Positions 28,873 to 39,023 are shown, counted from the first letter of the stretch. The stretch is DNA of 54,907 nt from Eudoraea sp. (GCF_049665975.1 NZ_JBATGR010000207.1:1-54907); one strand, 5' to 3'. Notes: a model not told the origin generated them from the sequence alone. Translations and numbers: made by a program.

Positions 28873-30581
28873 TAATGAAGCTTCAGTTCTGTGAGGATCC
28901 TTTCGATACGTGTATCCAATTCCGTATCAACTTTTTTAAAGTTTTCCGCGGAATCCAAATTGGTATTAATGCTAAAATAAAATTTAATTTTTGGTTCTGT
29001 ACCACTGGGCCTGGCTGCCATTCTGGTACCATCTTCGGTAGTATAGATTAAGACGTTAGATTTTGGGATGTCAATTTGTTTTACTTCACCGGTAGCGAGG
29101 TTCTTAGAAGTAGAAGTATTATAGTCATCAACGATAACCACATTTGCACCTCCAATTGATTTTACCGGATTCTCTTTAAAGTCAATCATCATTTGGTTTA
29201 TCTCTTCCGCACCGCTCATGCCTTTTTTGGTTATTGAAATCAACTTTTCTTTATAGAAACCATAATTAACATAACAATCAATTAGCTGTTTATAAAACGA
29301 GCTGCCATTTGCTTTTGCATCCGCAGCTATTTCGCAGGCCAGTAAGGTAGCTGTAACCGCGTCCTTATCTCTAACAAAATCGCCAACCATGTAACCAAAG
29401 CTTTCTTCACCACCACCTATAAAATATTGTTCGGGAAAATCTTTGATCATCTTCGCAATCCATTTAAATCCTGTTAAAGATGTTTTGCACTCCACCCCAT
29501 AGCTTTTGGCCATTTCATCCATCATAGGGGTAGATACTATGGTTGTAGCGATAAACTCATTTCCGGTAAATCCTTGCTTTGCTCTCTGATCCAATAGAAA
29601 TTTGGTCATTAAAAGCATGGTTTGATTTCCATTCAGCAATTCCATTTTCCCTTCAAGATTTCGGACCGCTATTCCTAGTCTATCGCTATCCGGATCTGTT
29701 CCTACAACCATATCGGCTCCAATTTCTTCTGCCTTTTTCATTGCCAGGGTGAGTGCTTCAGGTTCCTCTGGATTGGGCGATTTAACCGTAGGAAAATTGC
29801 CGTCTGGTACCGCCTGTTCTTCTATTATTGTCACATTGTTGTAGCCAGCTCGTTTCAGCACTTCGGGAATAACTGTAATTGAAGTGCCATGCAGAGATGT
29901 AAAGACAATTTTAAAATTGTCCTTTTCTTTTGCACCAAAGCTTCCATTTTTCACAGATGCTTGTATAAAAGCCTCATCAACTTCGCTGTCTATTAATTCA
30001 ATCAGGCTAGAATTGGCATTAAAATTAATTTCTTCGTACTTCAGCCTATTTATTTCTTCAATGATTTCATTATCCTGCGGAGGCACAATTTGTCCGCCAT
30101 CTGTCCAATAAACCTTATATCCGTTGTATTCGGGCGGATTATGTGATGCCGTCAAAACTATTCCGGCATTGCAGCCCAAATATCTGACAGCAAAGGAAAG
30201 TTCCGGAGTTGTACGCAATTGGGAGAAAAGAAATACTTTTATTCCGTTCGCCGAAAAAACATCGGCCACTGTCCTTGCCAGGGTATCACTGTTATGTCTG
30301 CAGTCATAAGCAATTACTACTTTTAAATCTTCACCGGCATAAACGCTTTTCAGATAATTGCTAAGTCCCTGAGTACTTTTGCCTAAAGTATATTTGTTTA
30401 TTCTATTGGTGCCAACTCCCATGATACCCCTCATACCTCCGGTACCAAATTCCATATTTTTATAAAATCTGTCCTTTAGATCTTCGGGATCATTGGCTAT
30501 AAGATTCTGAATTTCTTTTCTGACCGAGGGATCAAAAAAATCGGTTTGCCATGCTTTGGCATTGGAAAGAATGTCGTCCAT
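28872..30581 (-). CDS. Phosphoglucomutase/phosphomannomutase
   Basis: FGTGGMRG, phospho-Ser motif TASHNP, metal loop DPDSDR, GGEES and RPSGTEPKIK. Confidence 0.95.
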   Translation of the reverse strand: MDDILSNAKAWQTDFFDPSVRKEIQNLIANDPEDLKDRFYKNMEFGTGGMRGIMGVGTNRINKYTLGKSTQGLSNYLKSVYAGEDLKVVIAYDCRHNSDTLARTVADVFSANGIKVFLFSQLRTTPELSFAVRYLGCNAGIVLTASHNPPEYNGYKVYWTDGGQIVPPQDNEIIEEINRLKYEEINFNANSSLIELIDSEVDEAFIQASVKNGSFGAKEKDNFKIVFTSLHGTSITVIPEVLKRAGYNNVTIIEEQAVPDGNFPTVKSPNPEEPEALTLAMKKAEEIGADMVVGTDPDSDRLGIAVRNLEGKMELLNGNQTMLLMTKFLLDQRAKQGFTGNEFIATTIVSTPMMDEMAKSYGVECKTSLTGFKWIAKMIKDFPEQYFIGGGEESFGYMVGDFVRDKDAVTATLLACEIAADAKANGSSFYKQLIDCYVNYGFYKEKLISITKKGMSGAEEINQMMIDFKENPVKSIGGANVVIVDDYNTSTSKNLATGEVKQIDIPKSNVLIYTTEDGTRMAARPSGTEPKIKFYFSINTNLDSAENFKKVDTELDTRIERILTELKLH

Positions 30582-30630
30582 TTGTATGGAATTTTCGATT
30601 GAAAATTTAAAATTACAAAGAATATCTGTT

Positions 30631-31587
30631 TTAAGGCCTTGAAAGATTTAATTCTTCAGAAATGGTATAGCGTTGAACATTTACTCTCGACCTAACCATT
30701 ATTTCTCCGAGAAACCCGGCAAGAAAAAATTGTGTTCCAATAATCATTGAAGTAAGTGAAACGTAAAATTGTGGTCTTTCAGACAGTAATCGCCCAAAGG
30801 GATTAATAAAAAGTTTGTCAATTCCAAGATAAAGGGCAAAACCAAAACCAATAATAAACATCAGAACACCTAGCGCCCCAAATAAGTGCATTGGACGTTT
30901 ACCAAACTTGGAAACGAACCAGATAGTAATTAAATCTAATAATCCGTTAATAAAACGCTCTGCTCCAAACTTTGTTTTACCATATTTACGGGCCTGATGT
31001 TTTACAACTTTTTCACCTATATGGGAATAGCCTGCATTTTTAGCCAGAACAGGTATATATCGATGCATTTCTCCCGAGACTTCAATATTTTTAACAACAT
31101 CATTTCTGAAAGCCTTCAGCCCACAATTAAAATCATGTAATTGGACATTGGAGGTAATTCTTGCAGCCCAATTAAAAAGTTTTGAAGGAATATTCTTCGA
31201 GAGCAGGGAATCATATCTTTTTTTCTTCCAGCCTGAAACCAGATCAAATCCTTCCTTTGTAATTAGGTTATAAAGTCCTGGTATTTCCTCTGGATTATCC
31301 TGTAAATCTGCATCCATTGTAATAATTACATCACCTTGTGCCACTTTAAACCCCGAATGAAGTGCCTGTGATTTTCCAAAATTCTTATGAAAGCGTATGC
31401 CTCTTACGTTTTCATTCTTTTCCACTAACCGTTCAATTACTTTCCATGATTGGTCTGAACTGCCATCGTCAATAAAGAGAATTTCGTATAAAAAATGATT
31501 GGATTGCATAACACCGGCAATCCAATCATGGAGTTCTTCTAAAGACTCTTCTTCGTTAAGTAAAGGAATAACTATGGATAGATTCAT
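30631..31587 (-). CDS. Glycosyltransferase family 2 (DPM1/ArnC-like polyprenyl-phosphate glycosyltransferase)
   Basis: IPLLNEEE, IDDGSSD, NFGKSQAL, MDADLQD, DFNCGLK and two C-terminal TM helices. Confidence 0.9.
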   Translation of the reverse strand: MNLSIVIPLLNEEESLEELHDWIAGVMQSNHFLYEILFIDDGSSDQSWKVIERLVEKNENVRGIRFHKNFGKSQALHSGFKVAQGDVIITMDADLQDNPEEIPGLYNLITKEGFDLVSGWKKKRYDSLLSKNIPSKLFNWAARITSNVQLHDFNCGLKAFRNDVVKNIEVSGEMHRYIPVLAKNAGYSHIGEKVVKHQARKYGKTKFGAERFINGLLDLITIWFVSKFGKRPMHLFGALGVLMFIIGFGFALYLGIDKLFINPFGRLLSERPQFYVSLTSMIIGTQFFLAGFLGEIMVRSRVNVQRYTISEELNLSRP

Positions 31588-31631
31588 TGAGTTCTAAGGG
31601 AAATTCCTGCCAAAAGTACAATTTTTAATAA

Positions 31632-32150
31632 TTAATAATCCGGTTTTGCTTTTTTCAGGATCAAACCTCCTATAAGTCCGATAATTAAACCAGCTATGAT
31701 ATAAAAGATTAAAATGAAAGGATAAGTAATCCAGAAATAATTAATTGTACCATCATACTGTTGTTGTATTTGTGCATCGGACAACTGACCACCCGCTTCA
31801 CTTGCTGCTTTTGTGGTTTCTGCAATTTTTACTGCAAAATCCGGATCGAGTACATTAGATAAAAACAAGGTATAAATAACTGTTATAATTGCAGCAACTA
31901 AGCCTATTCCGGCTCCTAGTTTTAAGGCCTCACTTAAGGTTAAAAATCCTTGATTGGCTTTTCTAAAGTTGAAAATACCCCAAATAATGACGCCAACCAT
32001 AATTAATATGGTTATTACTGTATTACTGGGGTCTTGTGAATAATGAGCATCCATGCTATATAACATAATGCTAAATACTAATAAGATTACTCCCAGGATT
32101 AATCCGTAATTCAATGAAAACTTTCCGGTTTTAGGTTGATTTTCTTCCAT
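31632..32150 (-). CDS. Four-TM membrane protein (DUF4199-like)
   Basis: Four hydrophobic segments and a GFLTLSEALKLG motif; lies directly upstream of the GT2 gene. Confidence 0.7.
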   Translation of the reverse strand: MEENQPKTGKFSLNYGLILGVILLVFSIMLYSMDAHYSQDPSNTVITILIMVGVIIWGIFNFRKANQGFLTLSEALKLGAGIGLVAAIITVIYTLFLSNVLDPDFAVKIAETTKAASEAGGQLSDAQIQQQYDGTINYFWITYPFILIFYIIAGLIIGLIGGLILKKAKPDY

Positions 32151-32275
32151 TTTTAAAAGATTTTGTTGTTTTAGTTAGTTAGTTGTTTTTGTTTGATTTT
32201 TGTTACATTTAAATATACAATATTTTGAGTTTTCTTTTTTGGGAAATTAAAATTGTTGTTTCTGAGAAAATTAAT

Positions 32276-32283
32276 TAAATTTG
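32276..32283 (+). promoter_or_regulatory. -7 element (TAAATTTG) for rpmE2
   Basis: TAnnTTTG 35 bp upstream of the ATG. Confidence 0.6.
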
Positions 32284-32318
32284 CAGGCTGAAAATTCAGA
32301 AGTTTAAAAGAATATAAA

Positions 32319-32627
32319 ATGAGAAAAGGTATACATCCGGATAATTACAGATTGGTAGCATTTAAGGACATGTCTAATGATGATGTGTTTATTACCAAAT
32401 CTACAGCAGATACAAAAGAGACTTTAGAAGTTGAGGGTGTAGAATACCCCTTGGTTAAATTAGAAATCTCAAGAACCTCACACCCTTTCTATACAGGTAA
32501 GGCTAAGTTGGTAGATACGGCAGGTAGAATTGATAAATTTAAGAGCAAATATAAAAAGTTTAAAAAGGAGGCAAAGCCCGCTGCTACGGAAGCTAAGGAA
32601 ACTAAGCCTGATGTTGAAGAAAAGTAG
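32319..32627 (+). CDS. rpmE2: 50S ribosomal protein L31 type B (Cys-free) with C-terminal extension
   Basis: [23 protein letters not shown] and DTAGRIDKF; no CxxC motifs. Confidence 0.95.
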   Translation: MRKGIHPDNYRLVAFKDMSNDDVFITKSTADTKETLEVEGVEYPLVKLEISRTSHPFYTGKAKLVDTAGRIDKFKSKYKKFKKEAKPAATEAKETKPDVEEK

Positions 32628-32651
32628 ACTTTTAAAATTTCAGATAAAGAT

Positions 32652-32686
32652 GCGCCTCCGATCACTATCGGGGGCGTTATTTTTTT
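32652..32686 (+). terminator. Intrinsic terminator after rpmE2
   Basis: GCGCCTCCGAT-CACT-ATCGGGGGCGT followed by TATTTTTTT. Confidence 0.8.
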
Positions 32687-32709
32687 ACTTTTATTTAAAA
32701 TTTAAATAG

Positions 32710-33885
32710 ATGAATTATATTCTCTTTGATGGCGAGGTCAGGAATTCCTTATTACCTTTTACTTTTACCAGACCTGTTGCAGATATTAGAATCGGTATTC
32801 TTACAATTAGGGAAAAATGGGAGAAATACCTCAATACAACTACAAGCACAAAGACAGAAGAATATCTTGCTAAAAAGTATCCGTTAATTAATGGCCCTGC
32901 TAATATTTTAATTAACGCCTCTTTTTGTCCAACCGAAGAACTCGTCTCTGTTATATTTAATTTAAAAAAAAATGAAGCGGTTTTTAAAGAAGATCTTGTA
33001 ATTGCTTATTTCACAGAGGATGCCGAACAAGAAGTTGATTTTTCCGATTTTAATAGAATAAATTTTGAGGGGGACTTACTTAGAGTTATAAATACCTGGG
33101 ATATTTTTTCTAAAAATGGGAATGCCTTACAGCAGGACTTTAATATGATTACAAAGGGAAGGAAAAGTGCTCCAGTATCTTCTACCAATCATTTAATTAA
33201 TGCTGAGCATATTTTTCTTGAGGAAGGTGCCAAAGTGGAATACAGTATTTTGAATGCCAGTAATGGCCCTATTTACATGGGAAAGGATTCCGAAATTATG
33301 GAAGGAAACCTAATTCGCGGAGGATTTGCACTGTGTGAAAAGGCAGTTGTGAAAATGGGGGCTAAGATTTATGGACCAACGACAATTGGTCCCTATGGCA
33401 AAGTATGTGGAGAAATAAATAATTCGGTAATTTTTGGATATTCGAGCAAAGGACATGATGGTTATTTAGGAAACTCCGTGTTAGGAGAGTGGTGTAACAT
33501 TGGTGCGGATTCCAATAATTCAAATTTGAAAAATAATTATGCCAAAGTGCGTTTGTGGAATTACGACACTGAGCGATTTGAACATACGGGGCTTCAATTT
33601 TGTGGCCTTATGATGGGTGATCACAGCAAGACCGCTATTAATACAATGTTTAATACAGGAACCGTGATTGGGGTAAACGCAAATATCTACGTGCCGGGAT
33701 TTCCAAGAAATTTTATACCCAGCTTTAGTTGGGGTGGGGCTTCGGGGTTTACAACATATCTTCCGAACAAAGCATTTGAAGCTGCGGAAGTTATGATGGC
33801 AAGAAGAGGGGTTGTTTTTGATGAACAAGAGGCCGCTATCCTTAATGAAGTTTTTGAATTGACAAAGAAATACCGGAATTACTAA
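32710..33885 (+). CDS. GlmU-related putative sugar nucleotidyltransferase/acyltransferase
   Basis: LLPFTFTRPVADIRIGILTIREKW N-terminus; hexapeptide (left-handed beta-helix) region with HDGYLGNSVLGEWCNIGA. Confidence 0.8.
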   Translation: MNYILFDGEVRNSLLPFTFTRPVADIRIGILTIREKWEKYLNTTTSTKTEEYLAKKYPLINGPANILINASFCPTEELVSVIFNLKKNEAVFKEDLVIAYFTEDAEQEVDFSDFNRINFEGDLLRVINTWDIFSKNGNALQQDFNMITKGRKSAPVSSTNHLINAEHIFLEEGAKVEYSILNASNGPIYMGKDSEIMEGNLIRGGFALCEKAVVKMGAKIYGPTTIGPYGKVCGEINNSVIFGYSSKGHDGYLGNSVLGEWCNIGADSNNSNLKNNYAKVRLWNYDTERFEHTGLQFCGLMMGDHSKTAINTMFNTGTVIGVNANIYVPGFPRNFIPSFSWGGASGFTTYLPNKAFEAAEVMMARRGVVFDEQEAAILNEVFELTKKYRNY

Positions 33886-33986
33886 CTGATAAAACCTTAT
33901 GTATTCAAAGAGACCAATATGCGCAATAAAAGGCTTCAGGTGTTTTCCAAACGGCTATAGTTTAAATGTTTTGCGCTAAATTTTGA

Positions 33987-33994
33987 TATCTTTG
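33987..33994 (+). promoter_or_regulatory. -7 element (TATCTTTG) for mtaB
   Basis: TAnnTTTG 29 bp upstream of the ATG. Confidence 0.55.
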
Positions 33995-34023
33995 CCATCT
34001 CTAATTTTGTATCATAATATTTA

Positions 34024-35352
34024 ATGAAGAAGAGAGTAGCATTTTATACCCTAGGCTGTAAGCTAAACTTTTCTGAAACTTCGACCATTGCCAGGAGTTT
34101 TGAGAATAAAGGATACGATCGTGTAGATTTCTCGGATCGTGCAGATATGTACGTTATAAATACCTGTTCGGTAACCGAGAATGCGGATAAACGTTTTAAA
34201 ACGATTGTAAGACAGGCACAAAAGACAAATCCCGAAGCTTTTGTTGCAGCCATTGGTTGTTATGCCCAATTAAAACCGCAAGACCTGGCAGATATTCATG
34301 GTGTGGATCTGGTTTTGGGTGCTTCAGAAAAGTTTAAAATATTAGACTATATCAATGATCTTTCTAAGAATGATTTTGGTGTAGTTCATTCCTGTGAAAT
34401 TGAAGAGGTAGATTTCTATGTAGACAGCTATGCCATTGGCGATAGAACCCGTGCTTTTTTAAAAGTCCAGGATGGTTGCGATTATAAATGTACCTATTGT
34501 ACTATCCCTATGGCCAGGGGTATTTCTAGAAGCGATACCCTTTCAAACGTATTGAAAAATGCAAGGGAGATATCAGAACAAGGCATAAAGGAGATCGTAC
34601 TTACCGGGGTTAATATTGGGGATTATGGCAAAGGAGAATTTGGAAATAAAAAGCACGAGCATACTTTTTTTGATCTTGTAAAAGCTTTGGATAAGGTTGA
34701 AGGTGTTCACAGATTACGAATATCTTCTATAGAACCTAACCTACTGAAAAATGAAACCATCGATTTTGTTGCTCGCAGTAATACTTTCGTCCCTCATTTT
34801 CACATCCCTTTGCAGAGTGGGAGTGATGAACTTCTTAAATTAATGAAAAGGCGTTATCTCACAGATCTTTATGTGGATAGGGTAAAAAGGATCAGGAATG
34901 TGATGCCTCATTCGTGCATTGGTGTAGACGTTATTGTGGGATTTCCCGGTGAAACGGATAAACACTTTTTGGAAACATATAATTTTTTAAACGAGTTAGA
35001 AATCTCCTATTTGCATGTTTTTACATATTCAGAACGAGATGGTACTGTGGCTGCAACTATGTCTGAAGTAGTACCAAAAAATGTCAGGAGTAAGCGAAGT
35101 AAAATGTTACGGGGCCTGTCTGTTAAAAAAAGAAGGTCATTTTATGAGAGCCAACTTGGCCATAAAAGAACTGTATTGTTTGAAAGTGAGAATAAGGAAG
35201 GTTATATCCATGGGTTTACCGATAATTATATAAAAGTAAAAACACCCTGGAATCCGGAATTAGTAAATACTTTACACGAAGTAACCCTTGCTGATATCTA
35301 TGAAGACGGATTGGTTCAAATAAATTTTGCGCTAAATGAAGCATGGGCATAA
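34024..35352 (+). CDS. mtaB: tRNA t6A37 methylthiotransferase
   Basis: TLGCKLNFSE, INTCSVT, GCYAQ, radical SAM motif CDYKCTYC, and KVQDG. Confidence 0.93.
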   Translation: MKKRVAFYTLGCKLNFSETSTIARSFENKGYDRVDFSDRADMYVINTCSVTENADKRFKTIVRQAQKTNPEAFVAAIGCYAQLKPQDLADIHGVDLVLGASEKFKILDYINDLSKNDFGVVHSCEIEEVDFYVDSYAIGDRTRAFLKVQDGCDYKCTYCTIPMARGISRSDTLSNVLKNAREISEQGIKEIVLTGVNIGDYGKGEFGNKKHEHTFFDLVKALDKVEGVHRLRISSIEPNLLKNETIDFVARSNTFVPHFHIPLQSGSDELLKLMKRRYLTDLYVDRVKRIRNVMPHSCIGVDVIVGFPGETDKHFLETYNFLNELEISYLHVFTYSERDGTVAATMSEVVPKNVRSKRSKMLRGLSVKKRRSFYESQLGHKRTVLFESENKEGYIHGFTDNYIKVKTPWNPELVNTLHEVTLADIYEDGLVQINFALNEAWA

Positions 35353-35375
35353 AAAAACCTCCTAAAAGGAGGTTT
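35351..35375. terminator. Intrinsic terminator between convergent genes
   Basis: AAAAAAACCTCCT-AAA-AGGAGGTTT; the U-tract is strongest on the minus strand. Confidence 0.75.
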
Positions 35376-35382
35376 GTAATTT

Positions 35383-35676
35383 TCAAATCCGGATACCTAC
35401 CGGGAGCATTTCCTTATATTGTCTGTTTTTTCGTAAAAAACCTGCAATTTGAGGACTTGTTGGAACCACTCTGAGGTTTTGTTCCTGTATATGATTCAAA
35501 ACAGATTTAATAAATTCTTCTTTAAACCCTTCTTGAGATATTTCCTCAGGAATAACCAATTTAGTAAGAAAAACTTTTCTTTCCTGCGAAGAGTATTCAA
35601 TCTTGGCAAGATGACCATCAACCTTAGTTTCAAATTGACGTAAGAAACTATTATCCTTAATTGCTACTTCATTCAT
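35383..35676 (-). CDS. Minimal GNAT-like protein (YjdJ/Acetyltransf_CG-like)
   Basis: 97 aa; RQFETKVDG...IEY...FLTKLVIPEE and LRVVPTSP. Confidence 0.75.
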   Translation of the reverse strand: MNEVAIKDNSFLRQFETKVDGHLAKIEYSSQERKVFLTKLVIPEEISQEGFKEEFIKSVLNHIQEQNLRVVPTSPQIAGFLRKNRQYKEMLPVGIRI

Positions 35677-35851
35677 ATAGTATGATTTAAAATGGTTTCA
35701 GATAAAAAAATTACGATCTTGCATTAATCGTAATTATCTATATTGTCGGCTAATGTTTAATACCCCAACTGGCAGTGGTAATTTATTAATCAGCGCACAA
35801 AATTAAGAAAAATATTGCTAATTTCCTAGTAAAATCAATAGTTTAGATTAA

Positions 35852-36514
35852 ATGAACAATACTAAAATTCCAGTTTATTTCATGCCGGGAATGGCCGCAA
35901 GTTCTGCTATTTTTAAAAACATTGATTTGCCAAAGGACAGATTTGAAGTACACTTATTGGAGTGGTTTGTTCCCGAATACGGAATTACTTTTGAAGCCTA
36001 TGCAGCTGCAATGTGTAGTCAAATAGGGCATGAAAGACCGGTACTTATAGGCGTATCATTGGGAGGAATGCTTGTACAGGAAATGTCAAAGCTTATAGAA
36101 GTAGAAAAAGTAATTATCATTTCGAGCATCAAACAAAAATCAGAATTACCTAAACGGCTACTATTTGCTAAGTACACCAAAATACACAAATTACTTCCAA
36201 CCGGTTTAATAAATAATGTTGAGCTTTTAGTTAAATACGCCTTTGGGGAGATGGTTACAAAACGGCTGGAATTATATGAAGAATACCTGGCAGTGCGTGA
36301 TAAATACTATATTGATTGGTGTATAGACAAGATAGTTCATTGGGATCAAAGCAGTTACGATCCGAATTTAATTCATATTCATGGCGATAATGATGCGGTT
36401 TTTCCTATTCAATATATAAAGAATTGCCATGTGGTTCATAATGGAACCCATACCATGATTATTCATAGATATAAATGGTTTAATGAACGATTGCCCACAA
36501 TTATTTTGGAATAA
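35852..36514 (+). CDS. Alpha/beta hydrolase
   Basis: YFMPGM, nucleophile elbow GVSLGG, IHGDND and GTH. Confidence 0.85.
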   Translation: MNNTKIPVYFMPGMAASSAIFKNIDLPKDRFEVHLLEWFVPEYGITFEAYAAAMCSQIGHERPVLIGVSLGGMLVQEMSKLIEVEKVIIISSIKQKSELPKRLLFAKYTKIHKLLPTGLINNVELLVKYAFGEMVTKRLELYEEYLAVRDKYYIDWCIDKIVHWDQSSYDPNLIHIHGDNDAVFPIQYIKNCHVVHNGTHTMIIHRYKWFNERLPTIILE

Positions 36515-36559
36515 CGGAGTTGTATTTTATACCTTTGATAGGTAGCTAAATTATTTATT

Positions 36560-37516
36560 ATGAGATTAATTAAGAATATACTTATGATTTTAGGGGTTGC
36601 TTTTGTAATTAGCACCTTAATCTTTGCTGTTCAGCAAGGAGATAATTTTGGTGATGAATATCAGGGGAATGATATAGAAATAATGGACAAAAATGTTTCT
36701 AATGAATATCGAATTTCAGCTATTGAAATTCCATCCGATTTAAATTTTGCTAAAGAAACAGTCCCCCAGGAAGACCCTGAAATAATGGAACGTGTAGACA
36801 GGGAATTTTTGGTAAACACCTACTGGCAGTCAAATGCTTTACTGTTAATGAAACGCGCCCACAAATATTTTCCTGTAATTGAACCTATACTTTCTAAAAA
36901 TGGCATACCAGATGATTTCAAATATTTGGCAGTAGCCGAAAGTGGTTTGCAAAATGTGGTATCCCATGCCGGAGCTACAGGATTTTGGCAAATAATGAAA
37001 GCCACTGGCCGTGAATATGGTCTGGAAATAAATGCTAATGTTGATGAGCGTTACCACCTTGAAAAGTCTACTGAGGTGGCATGTAGATACTTGCAGAAAT
37101 ACAAAGAAAAATATGGTAGCTGGACCCTTGCTGCAGCTGCTTATAATGCCGGTCCGGGCTCTATAAATAAATATATGGGCATACAAAAGGCGAATGATTA
37201 TTATGATTTACTATTAGGAGAGGAAACAGGCCGCTATGTTTTTCGGATACTGGCCATTAAGGAAATACTAAGCAATCCCGAAAAATACGGTTTTGATATT
37301 GAAAGTGATGACCTTTATAATGCAGTACCAACATTTAATGTTGTTGTAGAAGAACCGGTGCAAAATTTTGCAGATTTTGCTCAGGAGTATGAAATCAACT
37401 ACAAAATCCTTAAACGGCATAACCCATGGTTAAGGGAACCTCATCTAAACAATGCTTCAGGTAAAACATACACTTTAGAAATTCCTAATAAGGGGTATTA
37501 CAAAGTATCAAAGTAA
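36560..37516 (+). CDS. Lytic transglycosylase (SLT/MltD-like)
   Basis: YLAVAES catalytic Glu, GATGFWQIM, AAYNAG and ETGRYV; -7 element TACCTTTG at 36530-36537. Confidence 0.9.
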   Translation: MRLIKNILMILGVAFVISTLIFAVQQGDNFGDEYQGNDIEIMDKNVSNEYRISAIEIPSDLNFAKETVPQEDPEIMERVDREFLVNTYWQSNALLLMKRAHKYFPVIEPILSKNGIPDDFKYLAVAESGLQNVVSHAGATGFWQIMKATGREYGLEINANVDERYHLEKSTEVACRYLQKYKEKYGSWTLAAAAYNAGPGSINKYMGIQKANDYYDLLLGEETGRYVFRILAIKEILSNPEKYGFDIESDDLYNAVPTFNVVVEEPVQNFADFAQEYEINYKILKRHNPWLREPHLNNASGKTYTLEIPNKGYYKVSK

Positions 37517-37520
37517 GTCT

Positions 37521-38036
37521 TTATATCTTCTTCATTTGCTGCTGCATCATTTTTATCTGATCCGTTAGCATGTTGTTCTTATCAAGTTTTTTGGCTTCCT
37601 GAAGGAGTGTTGTGGCTTCTCTTTTTCGCCTTTTTTGCATGGCTATACCAGCCAGACTAAGTTTAGCCATGGCAACATCATAGTCCATATTTAAACCCAA
37701 TTTTAGTGCCTTCCTAAAATATTTTTCCGCCTGGGTAAGATTCTTTTGGGAAAAGATAATACCGTACAAGTAATTGTAATAACCTTGCTGTTTTTTGGTA
37801 AGAGAAGATTCAGGGTTTTTTATTTTCTGCAACCATTTTTCTGTTCCTTCCATATCTTGTTTACGCATCCTAAGGAAAGCCAGAAGTATAAATTCATTTC
37901 TGAAATAAAGAAATACAAAAATTGAAGAAAGTAAAATCAAAAAAATACCGTTTCCAATATTGCCTTCTATGAATTGGTAGACAGCATATATGATGATAAG
38001 ACCGGCAATAACCAGTTTAATATTCTTGTTGAACAT
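37521..38036 (-). CDS. Membrane-anchored TPR-like protein of unknown function
   Basis: Two N-terminal TM helices followed by TPR-like helices (YYNYLYGII...AEKYFRKALKLG). Confidence 0.7.
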   Translation of the reverse strand: MFNKNIKLVIAGLIIIYAVYQFIEGNIGNGIFLILLSSIFVFLYFRNEFILLAFLRMRKQDMEGTEKWLQKIKNPESSLTKKQQGYYNYLYGIIFSQKNLTQAEKYFRKALKLGLNMDYDVAMAKLSLAGIAMQKRRKREATTLLQEAKKLDKNNMLTDQIKMMQQQMKKI

Positions 38037-38038
38037 AT

Positions 38039-38923
38039 TTAATTTTCTATTAATTCGTAAATAATTGTGGATTTTATAATTGTTGGAATTTCCTGATCAC
38101 CCATCTGGGCCATAGTTGTATACCCTTCAGCTAATCCATGAACCGTCATTTTTTTAACAAAACCAGTTGTGATATCGGTAATTACAGATGAGTTCTGTAT
38201 ACCTTCTAGTTTCATTGTTGAAGAAGCCTCAACAACATCCATTACCACCAGGGCTTTTCCCTCTATTTTAGCACAAGCTTCGGTAATTTCATTTAGGGTC
38301 CATGTGTTATGAGCCTTGAGTTTACCTGTATATTCATTTTTCCAGCTATCACCTACCTCAATTGGAGTTTCAGGGTATAGGTATGTCAGTTGTTTGTAAC
38401 TATTGGAAAGCGCTTCTGAGCCAAATTCCTTTTCCAGAGATTTTGTCATCATGTTTAATGAAAATTCATCTTCCAAACCAGATGCATCAGCCATTTTTGC
38501 TACAAGGCTATCACCTCCGCTTACATCTAAAATATCGCCCGATCGAGCTAAAATGATTTGTATAGGAACATCTAAAAGACTATTAAAGATTTTAGATTGC
38601 GCATCATCTTGTTCAAAATCTTTAGCGTGTACGTTCATCAATTCTCCTTGAATACTTGATATCATTTTTAAGTTCAGATCTTTAAACATGACATCTATAG
38701 CATAGGTATTATTGGTATTTCCCTTAACTCTAAATTCCAATATTCCCATGAGTGTATTGGTGATTTCATGGCTAGCTCCGTCTATTTCCTGGGTTATTAT
38801 TTGATTTGCGTCCTGCTTAATCGTAAAAACATCACCCAGTGATAGGTCGTACTGTATTGTTGATTGCCCAAGTAACGTTGTATTAATGAGTAGATAAACC
38901 AGGATATATGATAACTTTTTCAA
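38039..38923 (-). CDS. Secreted protein of unknown function (DUF6263-like)
   Basis: Signal peptide; YPETPIEVGDSW motif; beta-rich; TTG start. The family name is from recall only. Confidence 0.65.
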   Translation of the reverse strand: MKKLSYILVYLLINTTLLGQSTIQYDLSLGDVFTIKQDANQIITQEIDGASHEITNTLMGILEFRVKGNTNNTYAIDVMFKDLNLKMISSIQGELMNVHAKDFEQDDAQSKIFNSLLDVPIQIILARSGDILDVSGGDSLVAKMADASGLEDEFSLNMMTKSLEKEFGSEALSNSYKQLTYLYPETPIEVGDSWKNEYTGKLKAHNTWTLNEITEACAKIEGKALVVMDVVEASSTMKLEGIQNSSVITDITTGFVKKMTVHGLAEGYTTMAQMGDQEIPTIIKSTIIYELIEN

Positions 38924-38992
38924 CTTTTAATGCAAGAATTTTGAAGTTCCCGCAAAAGTACTAAAACTATCCGAAATATTTTTTTAATTCCA

Positions 38993-39023
38993 TTTGCCAA
39001 AGCAAAAACTCTTCGTATATTTG
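38993..39023 (+). promoter_or_regulatory. Consensus Bacteroidota sigma-A promoter for rpmH
   Basis: -33 TTTG (38993-38996), 19-bp spacer, -7 TATATTTG (39016-39023). Confidence 0.8.

Noticed and set aside
32160..32205. TTAG/TTG low-complexity run (ttagttagttagttg)
   Set aside because: Too short for a functional repeat; it corresponds to an A-rich translation-initiation region on the minus strand.
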